A DNA stretch of 64,000 bases from an uncultured Nanoarchaeota archaeon (GTDB taxonomy: Archaea > Nanobdellota > Nanobdellia > Pacearchaeales > GW2011-AR1). Shown here piece after piece: positions 10,571 to 21,136 of the stretch. Under the pieces are notes generated by a model that worked only from the letters and a program-made list of their open reading frames with translations, was not told where the DNA came from and did not search any database. How positions within the stretch are numbered: position 1 is the stretch's first letter; each line of letters starts with the position of its first letter. The translations under genes and the position numbers were made by a program. Location of the stretch: NCBI GenBank assembly GCA_963743615.1, contig CAVUQF010000002.1, positions 129,697 through 193,696 of the forward strand. The letters are read 5' to 3'.

Positions 10571-11032
10571 TTAAACTAACTGAACTGTTGTGTATTTCTC
10601 AGCACCACTGCATGGGCTCTTATTACCTGCAGAATCTGTGTAGTAGACAGCTGCATCTATCTCTGTAGTATTTGCTACACCTGCATTGATATCTGATCCT
10701 GTTATGGATTGTAAAGTTGTTACGCTTCCATTGATATCCCAGACATTACTACCAGATGTTGCATTTATGAAAACTAACCTTACTCCACCAATAGCGTCAG
10801 TTCCAAGAGTTCTCTGAACAGTAACATTACAGTCGGTTCCATCCATGCTGCAAACAGCGGAAGTTACCTGAACAGCCGAATTTAAGCACTGAGCGCCGGA
10901 AGAAATCTGTTTAGTAGAATTGGTTACTATATTATTTACAACAATCCAAACAACTCCTATTAAGACAATAGTTAGAAGAACTAATATCAATGTAGCGATT
11001 ATTGTGGATATACCTCTCTTGTTTTTTTCCAT
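10571..11032 (-). CDS. archaeal type IV pilin/archaellin-like protein
   Basis: Class III signal KRG/ISTIIATLILVLLTI. Confidence 0.85.
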   Translation of the reverse strand: MEKNKRGISTIIATLILVLLTIVLIGVVWIVVNNIVTNSTKQISSGAQCLNSAVQVTSAVCSMDGTDCNVTVQRTLGTDAIGGVRLVFINATSGSNVWDINGSVTTLQSITGSDINAGVANTTEIDAAVYYTDSAGNKSPCSGAEKYTTVQLV

Positions 11033-11084
11033 TGTTCTCTTTTGAATGTCATATAAAGAAATATTGTATTTATAAATATTTCTA

Positions 11085-12287
11085 TTAATCTTTATTAAAC
11101 TGATTAATTATCTGAAAAAATTCTTTGCTCTCGATAACTTTGTCTACCTCTGTGAGCCCTCTTTGCTCGACGAATTTTGCAAAAGCCTCTGGGCTGTATC
11201 CTCTTTTTCTCAAGGATGCAATTGTTGGAAGTCTTTCATCTTCCTCTCCTGAAAATTCTCCGCTCTGAATGGCAGCTGTTAACTTTCTTTTAGATAATAC
11301 TAAATCTGTAAACTTGATTCTCCCTATAAAAAAGGTCCATGGAAATTTCTTATTGAAAACTTTGTAAATCATTTTCTGTCTTTCAGCATTGTCACGATGA
11401 TCCTTACCTCTTATAATATGAGTCATCTTAAGTTCGATATCATCCGTAGCTACCGCGAGATTCATAAGAGGCCACACTTTGTATTTGTCTTTCTGTAAAG
11501 GATGTTTTGTTTTGTTAATTCTTGCCAATGGAAAATCTCTCATTGCAGGATTTTTGTGTTTCATATCGGACTTGAATCTTAAAACAGCTTCGCCCTCATC
11601 AAATCCATTTTTATCTAGCATTTTCCCCCACCTTTCTAAATTGTCCCGGATATTCAATTTTCTGCAAGGACACTCTTTTTCTTCCTCAATGTATTTTTTG
11701 AAGGTATTAGAACTACAAGTGCAAATATAAGCTGCATCTTTTTTGATTAAGTCTTCCGCATATTTATAATACAACTCCATTCTGTCTGATGCGTTAAGAT
11801 ACTGATAGACATTTCCGAAGACCCAATCGCAATCTTCCTTTATTCTTTTGTACGACTCTGGAACTATTGTCTCGGGATTTGTATCATCAATTATAATATA
11901 GAACTTCCCCCCATATTCTTTGACATATAACGAGGAAATCAGTGTCGAAATTAGATGCCCTACATGGAGAGGTCCAGATGGTGAGGGTCTGAATCTTGTT
12001 ATAATCCCTGTTTTTGGAACGTCCGGAAGTTCCTGAAGCCCCTCTCTTGAAGGTCTTTCACTTGTAAAATCTTTTAATTTTTCAAATTCCTTTTTTTGTT
12101 CTTCTAAAGATAACGAATTAATTTTATCAACTATTTTGGAGATTTCTTTTGCATGTTTCTTTATGTCTTCTTTTTTCAATCCCTCATGAAATAGAGAGGA
12201 GATTACACTCCCTGTTTGCGCCCTTCCCCCATAGGACAAGGCATTTTTTAATGCATAGGCCTTTGCTACTTCCTCAAAGTCTTTCAT
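11085..12287 (-). CDS. gltX: glutamate--tRNA ligase, archaeal type, lacking the C-terminal anticodon-binding barrels
   Basis: RFRPSPSGPLHVGH, YICTC...CPCR, THIIRGKDH, VLSKRK; only 400 aa. Confidence 0.85.
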   Translation of the reverse strand: MKDFEEVAKAYALKNALSYGGRAQTGSVISSLFHEGLKKEDIKKHAKEISKIVDKINSLSLEEQKKEFEKLKDFTSERPSREGLQELPDVPKTGIITRFRPSPSGPLHVGHLISTLISSLYVKEYGGKFYIIIDDTNPETIVPESYKRIKEDCDWVFGNVYQYLNASDRMELYYKYAEDLIKKDAAYICTCSSNTFKKYIEEEKECPCRKLNIRDNLERWGKMLDKNGFDEGEAVLRFKSDMKHKNPAMRDFPLARINKTKHPLQKDKYKVWPLMNLAVATDDIELKMTHIIRGKDHRDNAERQKMIYKVFNKKFPWTFFIGRIKFTDLVLSKRKLTAAIQSGEFSGEEDERLPTIASLRKRGYSPEAFAKFVEQRGLTEVDKVIESKEFFQIINQFNKD

Positions 12288-12328
12288 AGTAAAAGAAGGT
12301 GACCGAAGATTAATAAATATTTGTTCTC

Positions 12329-14056
12329 TTAATCAATTCCAGTCTGCAATGAATATAATTTCTGATAAATTCCTCTCTTTTTTATTAATTCATCATGCGT
12401 TCCTATCTCAGCAATTTTTCCTTCAGATAACACTACTATTCTGTCTGCTTTTCTTACTGTAGAAAATCTGTGTGCTATTATTATGGTCGTTCTTCCCCTT
12501 ATTAACTCGTTAATTCCTTCTTGAACTTTTTCTTCTGACTCTGCATCAAGTGCAGAAGTGGGTTCATCAAGTATCAAGATCTTTGGATTCTTGAGAAAGG
12601 CCATTGCAATTGCAATTCTCTGCCTTTGTCCCATTGAGAGTTTCAGTCCTTTGTCTCCAATAACAGATTTGTAGCCTTTAGGGAATTTCATTATGAATTC
12701 ATGTGCCAAAGCAGCCTTTGATGCTTCAATTACTTCATCAGGTGTTGAATCTGGTTTTGCATATCTTAGATTATCTAGAAGGCTCTCATTGAATAATTCC
12801 AAACTTTGTGGAACGATTGCGATCTGATCCCTGAGCCAACTTAACTTCAATTTTGAAATATCGACACCATCGAGCATTATTTTTCCCTTCTTGGGTTGAT
12901 AATATCCCATAACCAACTCGGAAAATGTTGTTTTCCCGACACCGCTTCTTCCAACAAGAGCAATGGTCTCTCCGGGTTTAATCTTTAAGTTAATATCTTT
13001 TAGAACTTCTTTTTCATGGGCATATTCAAAAGTCACATCCTTGAAAGTTATTTCCCCCTTAACGTTATCAATTGTTTGGTTACCATGCTTCATTTCTTCA
13101 GGAGCTACCTTGTTCAATTTTACAAGTCTCTTTACAGCAGTGGAAGATTTTTTGATGGTTTTGTATATGCTGGCGATGTATGTGAATGGGGAAAATGCTA
13201 GGTTTGTATATCCAAAAAACATAACAAATTCGCTACTTGAAATGATCCCGCTCTGAAGGAAGAAAATTGCTGTTCCAAGAACAAGAACGAAACTAATACT
13301 ATATATGAGCCCCTGAATTGTAGATAGTTTTGTATCTTTTCTGCTTGTCTTTTCGCTTATTGGAACTAACTTGTCAACTAAGGAGTTTGTAAATTTCTCT
13401 CTCTCAGCCTTTTCCATAGAGAAATTTTTCACTAAAAATATATTGTAAAGTTTGTCATAGACATTACCATATTGCTTTTCGTATTCTTTGTTCTCATTAT
13501 CCTGAATTTTTATGAGGTTTTTTGTCATTCTTATTGTAACAAGAGAATATATTGCAAACGAAAAGAGGACTATTAATGCGAGCTGCCATTCCAGGACAAA
13601 CATTACAATGACAGAAAATAAAAGTACCAAAAATTGAGGTAGAACCCCTGAGAAAAAGTCAATGGCATGTTGTATATTCCAAGCTCCTCTTGAAATTTTG
13701 TTTAATATCTGGCCTTTTCTCTCTTTCTTGTGGAAGGGAACGGGCAAAGTCAAAAAATGGGCGTAGGCATCAGCTTCAACGGCAAGAGACACTTTTATGC
13801 TCAAAATTGATCCTCTAAATGAAGCTCTATTCTGTATAAAAGTTGAGAGAACGTTTAGGGTAAGCCAAAGAAGGATTAGAGTTAGCAAAAGAGTTACCGG
13901 GGTTTTGGGTACGATAGCCAAACCAAAAAGACGTCCATACAGATAAGGAGTAACTGTAACCATCAATGATCCGATAACGGATATTATTGTAATTAGTGTT
14001 ATTTCTTTTTTGTAATTCTTAAGAGTATCAAGTGTAAATTTAGTTGTTGGCTTCAT
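12329..14056 (-). CDS. ABC exporter, fused TMD-NBD (MsbA/MdlB-like)
   Basis: 6 TM; GRSGVGKT, LSMGQRQR, ILILDEPT, IAHR. Confidence 0.92.
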   Translation of the reverse strand: MKPTTKFTLDTLKNYKKEITLITIISVIGSLMVTVTPYLYGRLFGLAIVPKTPVTLLLTLILLWLTLNVLSTFIQNRASFRGSILSIKVSLAVEADAYAHFLTLPVPFHKKERKGQILNKISRGAWNIQHAIDFFSGVLPQFLVLLFSVIVMFVLEWQLALIVLFSFAIYSLVTIRMTKNLIKIQDNENKEYEKQYGNVYDKLYNIFLVKNFSMEKAEREKFTNSLVDKLVPISEKTSRKDTKLSTIQGLIYSISFVLVLGTAIFFLQSGIISSSEFVMFFGYTNLAFSPFTYIASIYKTIKKSSTAVKRLVKLNKVAPEEMKHGNQTIDNVKGEITFKDVTFEYAHEKEVLKDINLKIKPGETIALVGRSGVGKTTFSELVMGYYQPKKGKIMLDGVDISKLKLSWLRDQIAIVPQSLELFNESLLDNLRYAKPDSTPDEVIEASKAALAHEFIMKFPKGYKSVIGDKGLKLSMGQRQRIAIAMAFLKNPKILILDEPTSALDAESEEKVQEGINELIRGRTTIIIAHRFSTVRKADRIVVLSEGKIAEIGTHDELIKKRGIYQKLYSLQTGID

Positions 14057-14086
14057 AAATACCTAAACCAGGAAGAATTAATAAAT

Positions 14087-14479
14087 TTATTCAAAGCCGC
14101 CGCTTCTTGTTTTTCTCTCCAGAACTTCAACCCTCTGCTGGAGATGATAAATTTGCGTTGAGATCTCTTCCAGCTTTTCCGTAATGTCCATTAATCTTGT
14201 TGCCAATTTTTTTCTTTTTTCATCTGAATTCTCTTCGCTTTCAGAATAAGAAGGCATCTGTGATTCAGAACTCATTGATGCTGCAGCCATCTGACCGAGA
14301 AATCCAAAACTATTCTGAGTTGAAGAAGTTCTAGGAATTATTTCTTTAGAAATGGGAGTAGCTGTCTTCCCCTGAACTTTGTTTACCAACCCCTGAATAT
14401 TTTCCATCTTCTCCTTTTGCCGGTCATACCTTCCACTGAAATCAACTGTCTTCTTCTTGTTTTTGTCAAACAAACCCAT
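14087..14479 (-). CDS. hypothetical protein with C-terminal coiled coil
   Basis: 130-aa ORF with a heptad pattern. Confidence 0.65.
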   Translation of the reverse strand: MGLFDKNKKKTVDFSGRYDRQKEKMENIQGLVNKVQGKTATPISKEIIPRTSSTQNSFGFLGQMAAASMSSESQMPSYSESEENSDEKRKKLATRLMDITEKLEEISTQIYHLQQRVEVLERKTRSGGFE

Positions 14480-14549
14480 TACTTCAGAAGGTATATGCTA
14501 TTTTTAAAATTATTGAGAGAGAATATTTTTTAAACACATAAGTATTATT

Positions 14550-16034
14550 TTGTTGATGGCCACGCTTCATCAGGTTATCGGAAAAGTTAATCCCTACCTA
14601 TATGCCAAAAACAGAGATGCTCTTCTCAAAAAATATGTTACTCCAGACAAAATTCCCGCAGATGAGGTAGAACCCAAGCCTCTTACCCAGCACCAATTAG
14701 TCTATGATTCATCTTCAGAAACTTTAGAACCAATTTATTTCTTCCTTCTTGATTTGATGAATGATATGAGGCTGGCACCAGAAAAGATATTTGATAATTT
14801 TACATCTTCTCCCGGAAGTGGGCATTTTGCAGAACTTGGGCAAAGGGCAACGGCAATGCAGCAGCAGGCAACAAAAATGTTGGGGGATATAAATAATGTT
14901 ATGAGAAGTATACTAAATTTAGTTTATGATTTAAAAGAATTCAAGATTAGAATAGAAAGCTATGACAATTTAAAATCACAAAATAAAGACACAAAAGAAG
15001 GTGCATTGCTTTCATTGAAGCAGATATGGATGGATAAAGTGGATATCCTTAAGGGAAATTCAAGTATGAAAGCAATGGCTTTCGGAGGACAAATGGGGTA
15101 TCAGACATTAGTTGATGCATTTTTATTTGTACAAGATGAGAAACAGGCCGATAAAGTTGACCTGAACGATAGAGTAAAGAGGATAGTAAAACAAAGAATT
15201 AACGAATTTAATATCTGGCTTTCTGAATCTGAAAAAGAGCTAAGAAAAAGATATGAAATTGAAAGGAAATATCTTAAGAGTCAGGTTAGTAGTGTGCAAC
15301 TTTATTCTCGTTGGGCAAAGCCATATCTAAAATCAGCGCAGCAGTTGGAAATGAAAGATAATTCAAGATCTGCGGCTCTTGTCAAAGCTTTCAACACAAT
15401 CCTTCTTGAATTAACTCTTCTTGGAAAATCGAAATTGGATATTAAGGGAGCAGTTGAAGAAGGAAAACTTGCGAAAGAGGTCCTTGTGATGGATCAAAAA
15501 AAACAATTGAAAAGGCAATACATTAGTTGTATCATTGTTGAATTTAATTTTAGAGGGATACCTCAGAAAACTTCTCCTTACCAGTCTCATTATGTCTTTG
15601 GAGGTAGAACAGAGGTAACCTTTTCATCTTACACTTTGAATAGTGATGAACTGAAGTTAGTTAATGAGGAATTAACAAAGTCAGATGTTGGGGATGCGAT
15701 GAAACTGATAGAGGATGCGACAACAGGTAGTATTGAAGAATTGCAGAAAGATATTGATGAATTTCTTAAGGAAGAAGACAAAGCCGAGAAAAAGCAGGAA
15801 GAGAAGAAAGATATGTCCAATCCCTTTTTAGCTTTACTTGGATTTTATAATAAGTCTGCTACAAATCCTAGTTCAGGATCAAAATCAAAGAAGGAAGAGT
15901 TGAAAGTTGCAAAACCTGAAGATTATATTGAGAAAAGTTTGCTTAGACCATTGGCTGACGAAAACGCCAAAAAAACCGCCTATGATCTGTTTGATATTTA
16001 CAAGAAGGCGCATGGAATGGCAAGTTATCCTTAA
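14550..16034 (+). CDS. large hypothetical helical protein
   Basis: 494-aa ORF; start probably ATG 14556. Confidence 0.75.
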   Translation: MLMATLHQVIGKVNPYLYAKNRDALLKKYVTPDKIPADEVEPKPLTQHQLVYDSSSETLEPIYFFLLDLMNDMRLAPEKIFDNFTSSPGSGHFAELGQRATAMQQQATKMLGDINNVMRSILNLVYDLKEFKIRIESYDNLKSQNKDTKEGALLSLKQIWMDKVDILKGNSSMKAMAFGGQMGYQTLVDAFLFVQDEKQADKVDLNDRVKRIVKQRINEFNIWLSESEKELRKRYEIERKYLKSQVSSVQLYSRWAKPYLKSAQQLEMKDNSRSAALVKAFNTILLELTLLGKSKLDIKGAVEEGKLAKEVLVMDQKKQLKRQYISCIIVEFNFRGIPQKTSPYQSHYVFGGRTEVTFSSYTLNSDELKLVNEELTKSDVGDAMKLIEDATTGSIEELQKDIDEFLKEEDKAEKKQEEKKDMSNPFLALLGFYNKSATNPSSGSKSKKEELKVAKPEDYIEKSLLRPLADENAKKTAYDLFDIYKKAHGMASYP

Positions 16035-16035
16035 C

Positions 16036-16458
16036 ATGAGTAAAGTGAAGAAAAAGAAAAAAGTAGAGATTATCAAAAAGAAATTGAATTTGGAGAATGA
16101 GCTTAAAGAGGTCAAAAGAAACATCACTGAGATAAAACCGAATAAAAAGGATGCTCTCCCTGAATTTATTGATGATGAGTTTGAGGATGACGAAATAGAA
16201 TTTGGAACAGACTTCTCCAGTTTGTTGGATAAGAGTACAAGAACGTCTCCCGGGCTGGAAAATATTCAATTTGGAGATTCCCTTGAAGGAGGAATCATCT
16301 TTGCACCAAGATTTAAAACTACAACTGAATCCGAAGGGAAAGTTTATTTTGGTAACTACGATCCTAAATATGCTGAGAAAAATTATGCTAAGCAGACCCC
16401 CGGAGTTTATGGAGATAAAAAGAGTTCCGATGAAAATTCAAGCAGTAAAAATAAATAG
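16036..16458 (+). CDS. hypothetical charged protein
   Basis: ATG 1 nt after the upstream stop (MSKVKKKK); the longer ORF call overlaps the upstream gene. Confidence 0.6.
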   Translation: MSKVKKKKKVEIIKKKLNLENELKEVKRNITEIKPNKKDALPEFIDDEFEDDEIEFGTDFSSLLDKSTRTSPGLENIQFGDSLEGGIIFAPRFKTTTESEGKVYFGNYDPKYAEKNYAKQTPGVYGDKKSSDENSSSKNK

Positions 16459-16497
16459 ATTAATAAATTAAAATTTGTTCATCAGACAGAGGTAAAA

Positions 16498-18264
16498 ATG
16501 GGTGATTATCATATAGAAGACATTTATCAGGGGGGGTATTCTTCTTTAAATCCCAATTCTGGAATGTATTACAAGGGCGAAAGATCTTATGCTGGAAAAT
16601 TTGGTCTGACTACAGATTTTAGGACGGCAAATATTCTTCAGGAAGTTTCCTCAAAATTGCAATCAGGAGCAAGGCAAATCGAGGTTACCCAGATTCAGCC
16701 GGAAGTTTTTGAATCAATTCCCAATCAGCAATTAAAGGAAGTTGAAAGGTTAAGCAAACTTACAGGGGTTGATGTTTCTCTTCATGGAATTTTAGTTGAG
16801 CCCTCCGGATTCTCAACTCAAGGAGGATATAGTGAATATGCAAGGGAAGAGGCTGAAAGGCAAATGCTCTCAAATGTTATGAGGGGTCATGAACTGAATC
16901 CAAAAGGAAATATTCCTATAACTTTCCATTCTTCGCAGGGATGGCAGAGTCCGGAGTATAGAAAAACAAAGATTGGAGGAAAAGAAGTTGAGCAGGTAGT
17001 TATGATACCTGTTATCAATCAGGAGACAGGGCAGGTTGCAGTAGCTAGACAGGAAAAAAGATATTATCCAGATATGAGTGAGGAGGATTTTGAGAAAGGA
17101 GAAGAAAAAAGCGCACTTGATCAAGTTAGAATTAGAAATTTAACCGAATGGGGTGATTCAATATCAAATCTTGTTGCAATAAAAGAGAGAGCGGACAAAA
17201 TGATAAATGAAACAGAACCTTTGTATGTGGAAATAGAGAAAGAATTGCATTCAGGTACAAACTTTGAGAATTTGAATCCTATGAAGCAGAATGTTTATCA
17301 TAGGTACAAGAATGCAGGTATTGAACTGGGTGAGATCCATAAGCACCTGAATAATATCTTTGAGAGGGGATATAAGTACGGAGATAAGGCGCAGATGGTT
17401 CAGGTTTCTGACAATTTTAAAAAGTCTCTTAAGGAAAATGAAGGAATGGGTCTTTCAGGATCATCAAGAGCAATGGATACTTTGATGGATGATTTAAATA
17501 AAGTTAAGGTACCAGAGTTATACAAACCTCTTGAAGATTTTGCTATTGAAAAAACAGCAACTACTTTTGCGAATGTTGCGTTAAACTCTTATAAAAAGTT
17601 CAAAGATACGGCTCCAATAATTAGTATTGAAAATCCCCCCGTTGGAATGGGCTTATCAAGGGGAGAAGATTTGAGAAAACTTGTTGATTTAGCTAGAACC
17701 AAATTTGTTGAGAATGCAAAAAATTCTGGGATAAACGAGAGAGAGGCAACAGATCAGGCGAATAAATTAATTGGAGTAACTTGGGATGTAGGGCATATAA
17801 ATATGCTGAGAAAATATGGTTATAATGAGCAAGATATTGTCAAAGAATCTGAAAAAATTGCACCTTTACTTAAGCACATACACTTGTCTGATAACTTTGG
17901 ATTTGAACATACTGAGCTTCCAATGGGAATGGGAAATGTTCCAATAAAACAGATAATGGAGAAATTAGGTGATAAAGGATTTGAAGCAAGAAAAGTTATT
18001 GAAGCAGCAGGCTGGTGGCAGCATTTCAAGTCCGCTCCATTTCAAGAAACTCTAGAAGCATTCGGATCTCCTATTTATGGAATGAAAATGGCTCCTTACT
18101 GGAACCAGTCCATAGGAGTGCAAGGATATTTCGGGGGCTATGGGCCGATGCTTCCAACGGTAAACTATGAAACATTTGGTTCTGGATTTTCATCACTTCC
18201 ATCCGAGCTTGGAGGGCAGAGGCAGACCGGAAGAAGCAGGATGTCCGGAAATAGCTTAGAATAA
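16498..18264 (+). CDS. xylose isomerase/AP endonuclease 2-like TIM barrel with a large helical insertion
   Basis: SLHG, ITFHS, ISIEN, WDVGH, HIHLSDN, VIE metal-binding motifs. Confidence 0.75.
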   Translation: MGDYHIEDIYQGGYSSLNPNSGMYYKGERSYAGKFGLTTDFRTANILQEVSSKLQSGARQIEVTQIQPEVFESIPNQQLKEVERLSKLTGVDVSLHGILVEPSGFSTQGGYSEYAREEAERQMLSNVMRGHELNPKGNIPITFHSSQGWQSPEYRKTKIGGKEVEQVVMIPVINQETGQVAVARQEKRYYPDMSEEDFEKGEEKSALDQVRIRNLTEWGDSISNLVAIKERADKMINETEPLYVEIEKELHSGTNFENLNPMKQNVYHRYKNAGIELGEIHKHLNNIFERGYKYGDKAQMVQVSDNFKKSLKENEGMGLSGSSRAMDTLMDDLNKVKVPELYKPLEDFAIEKTATTFANVALNSYKKFKDTAPIISIENPPVGMGLSRGEDLRKLVDLARTKFVENAKNSGINEREATDQANKLIGVTWDVGHINMLRKYGYNEQDIVKESEKIAPLLKHIHLSDNFGFEHTELPMGMGNVPIKQIMEKLGDKGFEARKVIEAAGWWQHFKSAPFQETLEAFGSPIYGMKMAPYWNQSIGVQGYFGGYGPMLPTVNYETFGSGFSSLPSELGGQRQTGRSRMSGNSLE

Positions 18265-18298
18265 ATAAATATATTAAAGTGAAAAGGTTAAATTAAAT

Positions 18299-19102
18299 AT
18301 GGCTAAGAAAACTAAAAAACACTCAGATCCTAAACAGGAAATAATTACCTCTGCAATAAATTTAGGAGTTGGAGAGGTTATAAGGCTTCACCCTCGATTT
18401 GTCAATTCAGGTTATTACATATTAAGCCACATTAATTCTGACAATTTAAGTAAGATGTTTGATGAGCTCTATACATTTGCTCAAAAAAACGAAGTTCCTA
18501 AAGAGAGAATTGGAGAGTATATTACAAAAGGTCTTGCAAATTACATTGCAAGTGGGAAAGCTCTTGATGATTCTGGAAAGGAGCGCATTTTAAGAAATGG
18601 TTTGGAGGAAAAAGCAACCAGAGGGTTATTTGGTAGAGGAAGTGCAAGGAGAGAATTGGAAGGAGATAGATATTTAGATCAGGTAATTGGTGCATGGAAT
18701 AAGATAAATGAACTTGCAAAAGAGGGAGGAAGTGAACTTCCGGAAGAGATGACCAGACCAATGCAGTATCTAAGCAGACTTGGCTTTGCAATCCCTGCCA
18801 CAGAAATCTTAGAAGAAAATGGTTTGATTGACAAGTCTCAATATTCTCAAATAAAAGAGAACATAAGAAAAGGCGCTTACGAAAGTCATAACGAAGGTCT
18901 TAAAAGATTAGAAGAATATTCAAAATATCAAAAAGTTGCAGCTTTAATACTCGGAGTGATTGGGGTTTCTTTACTTCTTGCATCAGGTCTAAATCTGACT
19001 GGAGGAGTTATTGGAACAGCTGTTGGAAAAAATATTTTATTAAGCTTGATTGGAACCGTTTCATTTTTGGCTTCATTGGTTTTGTTGATTAAAAAGAGAT
19101 AA
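18299..19102 (+). CDS. hypothetical protein with C-terminal TM hairpin
   Basis: Two terminal TM segments joined by NLTGGVIG. Confidence 0.7.
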   Translation: MAKKTKKHSDPKQEIITSAINLGVGEVIRLHPRFVNSGYYILSHINSDNLSKMFDELYTFAQKNEVPKERIGEYITKGLANYIASGKALDDSGKERILRNGLEEKATRGLFGRGSARRELEGDRYLDQVIGAWNKINELAKEGGSELPEEMTRPMQYLSRLGFAIPATEILEENGLIDKSQYSQIKENIRKGAYESHNEGLKRLEEYSKYQKVAALILGVIGVSLLLASGLNLTGGVIGTAVGKNILLSLIGTVSFLASLVLLIKKR

Positions 19103-19163
19103 TACAAAATATATTTTCGAAAATATTTAAAAACAAGCTATATTTATCATAGTAATACAAAAG

Positions 19164-20108
19164 ATGGCGAAAAAGAGAGCGAAATCTAAAAGATCCGTCA
19201 AGAAAAATAGGAATAATAAGACTGAAAAATTATCTTATAAAGTAAAGTCCAAAAGTTCATCTGCTCCAAAAGATTTTCCTACACTAAACATAAATAAGGA
19301 TTCTGAGATTGCAATGGATTTTGCAACAAAAGCTTATGAGAGATTTAACAAAATAATAAAGTCTGTTGTGCTCTTCGGTTCAACCGCAAAGCAGACTACT
19401 GTACCTGGTTCCGATATTGATATAATAATCATACTAGATGATGTGTCAATAGATTGGGATCAAGAACTTACATCTTGGTATCGGGAAGAGTTGGACAAAT
19501 TGTTGAGGAGAAATCCTTACAAGAAAAATTTGCATATTAATACTGTAAAGTTAAGCACGTGGTGGGAAGATCTGATGAGGGGGGATCCGGTAGTTATTAA
19601 TGTAATCAGATATGGAGAATCTATGATCGATTTCGGAGGATTCTTTGAACCACTAAAATTTTTATTGTTAAGAGGGAAAATAAGATCCACTCCTGAGGCT
19701 GTTTATAGTTGTCTTCAGCGAGCTCCTCAGCATTTCTTAAGAAGTAAGACTGCAGAACTTGGTGCTGTTGAGGGTTTGTACTGGGCGATGGTCGACTCCG
19801 CTCATGCAGCACTTATATCTCGTAATATTCTTCCACCATCACCAGAACATATCCCTCTAAATCTGAAAGAAACATTTGTTAATGAAGGGACCTTAAAAAT
19901 GAAATATGTGACTTGGTATAGAGATCTGTTATTTTTATACAAGAAGATTTCTCACGGGGAATTGGGTGATATGAAAGGCATAGAAATCGATATGTGGCAG
20001 GATAGAACAAATGAATTTATGGGGGTTATGGCAAAATTAGTTGATATGACTATAACCGGAGATAAGAGTATAAACTTAGAAACAAAACCGGAAGAGGAAA
20101 AAGAATAA
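19164..20108 (+). CDS. nucleotidyltransferase (MNT) fused to a HEPN-like domain
   Basis: VVLFGS...SDIDIIII; LYWAMVDSAHAAL helix; YKKISH. Confidence 0.8.
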   Translation: MAKKRAKSKRSVKKNRNNKTEKLSYKVKSKSSSAPKDFPTLNINKDSEIAMDFATKAYERFNKIIKSVVLFGSTAKQTTVPGSDIDIIIILDDVSIDWDQELTSWYREELDKLLRRNPYKKNLHINTVKLSTWWEDLMRGDPVVINVIRYGESMIDFGGFFEPLKFLLLRGKIRSTPEAVYSCLQRAPQHFLRSKTAELGAVEGLYWAMVDSAHAALISRNILPPSPEHIPLNLKETFVNEGTLKMKYVTWYRDLLFLYKKISHGELGDMKGIEIDMWQDRTNEFMGVMAKLVDMTITGDKSINLETKPEEEKE

Positions 20109-20157
20109 AATTGATTCGTTCTGTTATCCAATATCGAGTTGGCTTAACTCTTTAAAA

Positions 20158-20709
20158 TTATTTTTTTTCTTCAGCTTTCTCTGCTTCTGCAAGAACCTTT
20201 TCCAATCCTGCAGTGATATTTTTAGTTGAATCTCCAACTAACTTTGAAACAATATTGCCGGTAGTATAACTCATACACATTCCAATTATCCCTTTTCTTT
20301 CTTCCTCTCCCAATTCAAAGAGATATTTTCCTGCGTATTTACTTTTAAGAGGCTTGCTGGAGCCAACATATTCCAAAGCATCTTTAGCTGTTATTCTTGC
20401 AAAATCTTGCAGCAATATTGAGACTGAAGTAGTTTGAATGTACGGAGAAGTTAATGCCCCCCCTTCCTGAGATAATGGAGGGAAGAATATTTTTTCATAA
20501 GTATCTTGATCTGGAGCCTTTGATAATGTTTCCAAGTATCTTACTTCAGCTAATTCAGAAATTTTACCAAATTCCTGTGGAGTTACTAATTTTGGAAGTG
20601 CATAATTCCAAAATCCACTTTTTGGATTTGTAGTGTTAAGAGCAGCCTTTCTATCCTTTTCCCTTCCGGCTTTAATTTCTTCTTCAGTTAATTTCTTTTC
20701 TTCTGCCAT
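20158..20709 (-). CDS. hypothetical protein
   Basis: 183-aa ORF starting 1 nt after the upstream stop. Confidence 0.7.
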   Translation of the reverse strand: MAEEKKLTEEEIKAGREKDRKAALNTTNPKSGFWNYALPKLVTPQEFGKISELAEVRYLETLSKAPDQDTYEKIFFPPLSQEGGALTSPYIQTTSVSILLQDFARITAKDALEYVGSSKPLKSKYAGKYLFELGEEERKGIIGMCMSYTTGNIVSKLVGDSTKNITAGLEKVLAEAEKAEEKK

Positions 20710-20710
20710 G

Positions 20711-21073
20711 TTAATATTGACCTACCCTCTTTTCAATATATTCATTAAATCTTTTGACCATCTCTGACTCTCCTAAATTTCTGACTCCTTCCAGTACTTT
20801 CTTCTGTAAATTTCTATCTCTAAAAACTAGTTCACTAAAAGGTACATCTTCTCCCGTAAGCTTTTTGATACCTGCCTTGTAAAGATCAAGATTGTCGGAG
20901 TCTATTAAATTCAAAGGTTCAAATACTTGGTACATTGCAACTTCCAACGGATCAGTCGAGTTCCACCAGTGATTATTACCATATTCTTCCTTTGCTTTTT
21001 CTATACTTTGAGCACTGCCTACACCAAGCTTTTCCCTTATTTTCTCCTTTATCCTATTTGATAAGTCTCCCAT
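20711..21073 (-). CDS. hypothetical protein
   Basis: 120-aa ORF; TATA box 29 nt upstream. Confidence 0.7.
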   Translation of the reverse strand: MGDLSNRIKEKIREKLGVGSAQSIEKAKEEYGNNHWWNSTDPLEVAMYQVFEPLNLIDSDNLDLYKAGIKKLTGEDVPFSELVFRDRNLQKKVLEGVRNLGESEMVKRFNEYIEKRVGQY

Positions 21074-21112
21074 AATAAACCGATAAATCCTCTATTTATA
21101 AACTTTATGGAT

Positions 21113-21134
21113 GTTACTACTTTGTAGTAAATAG
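21113..21134 (-). promoter_or_regulatory. palindromic operator upstream of a TATA box (regulon site 1)
   Basis: Minus strand CTATTTACT-ACAA-AGTAGTAAC, 10 nt, then TTTATAAA; also contains the perfect TTACTAC-N3-GTAGTAA. Confidence 0.6.
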
Positions 21135-21136
21135 AA

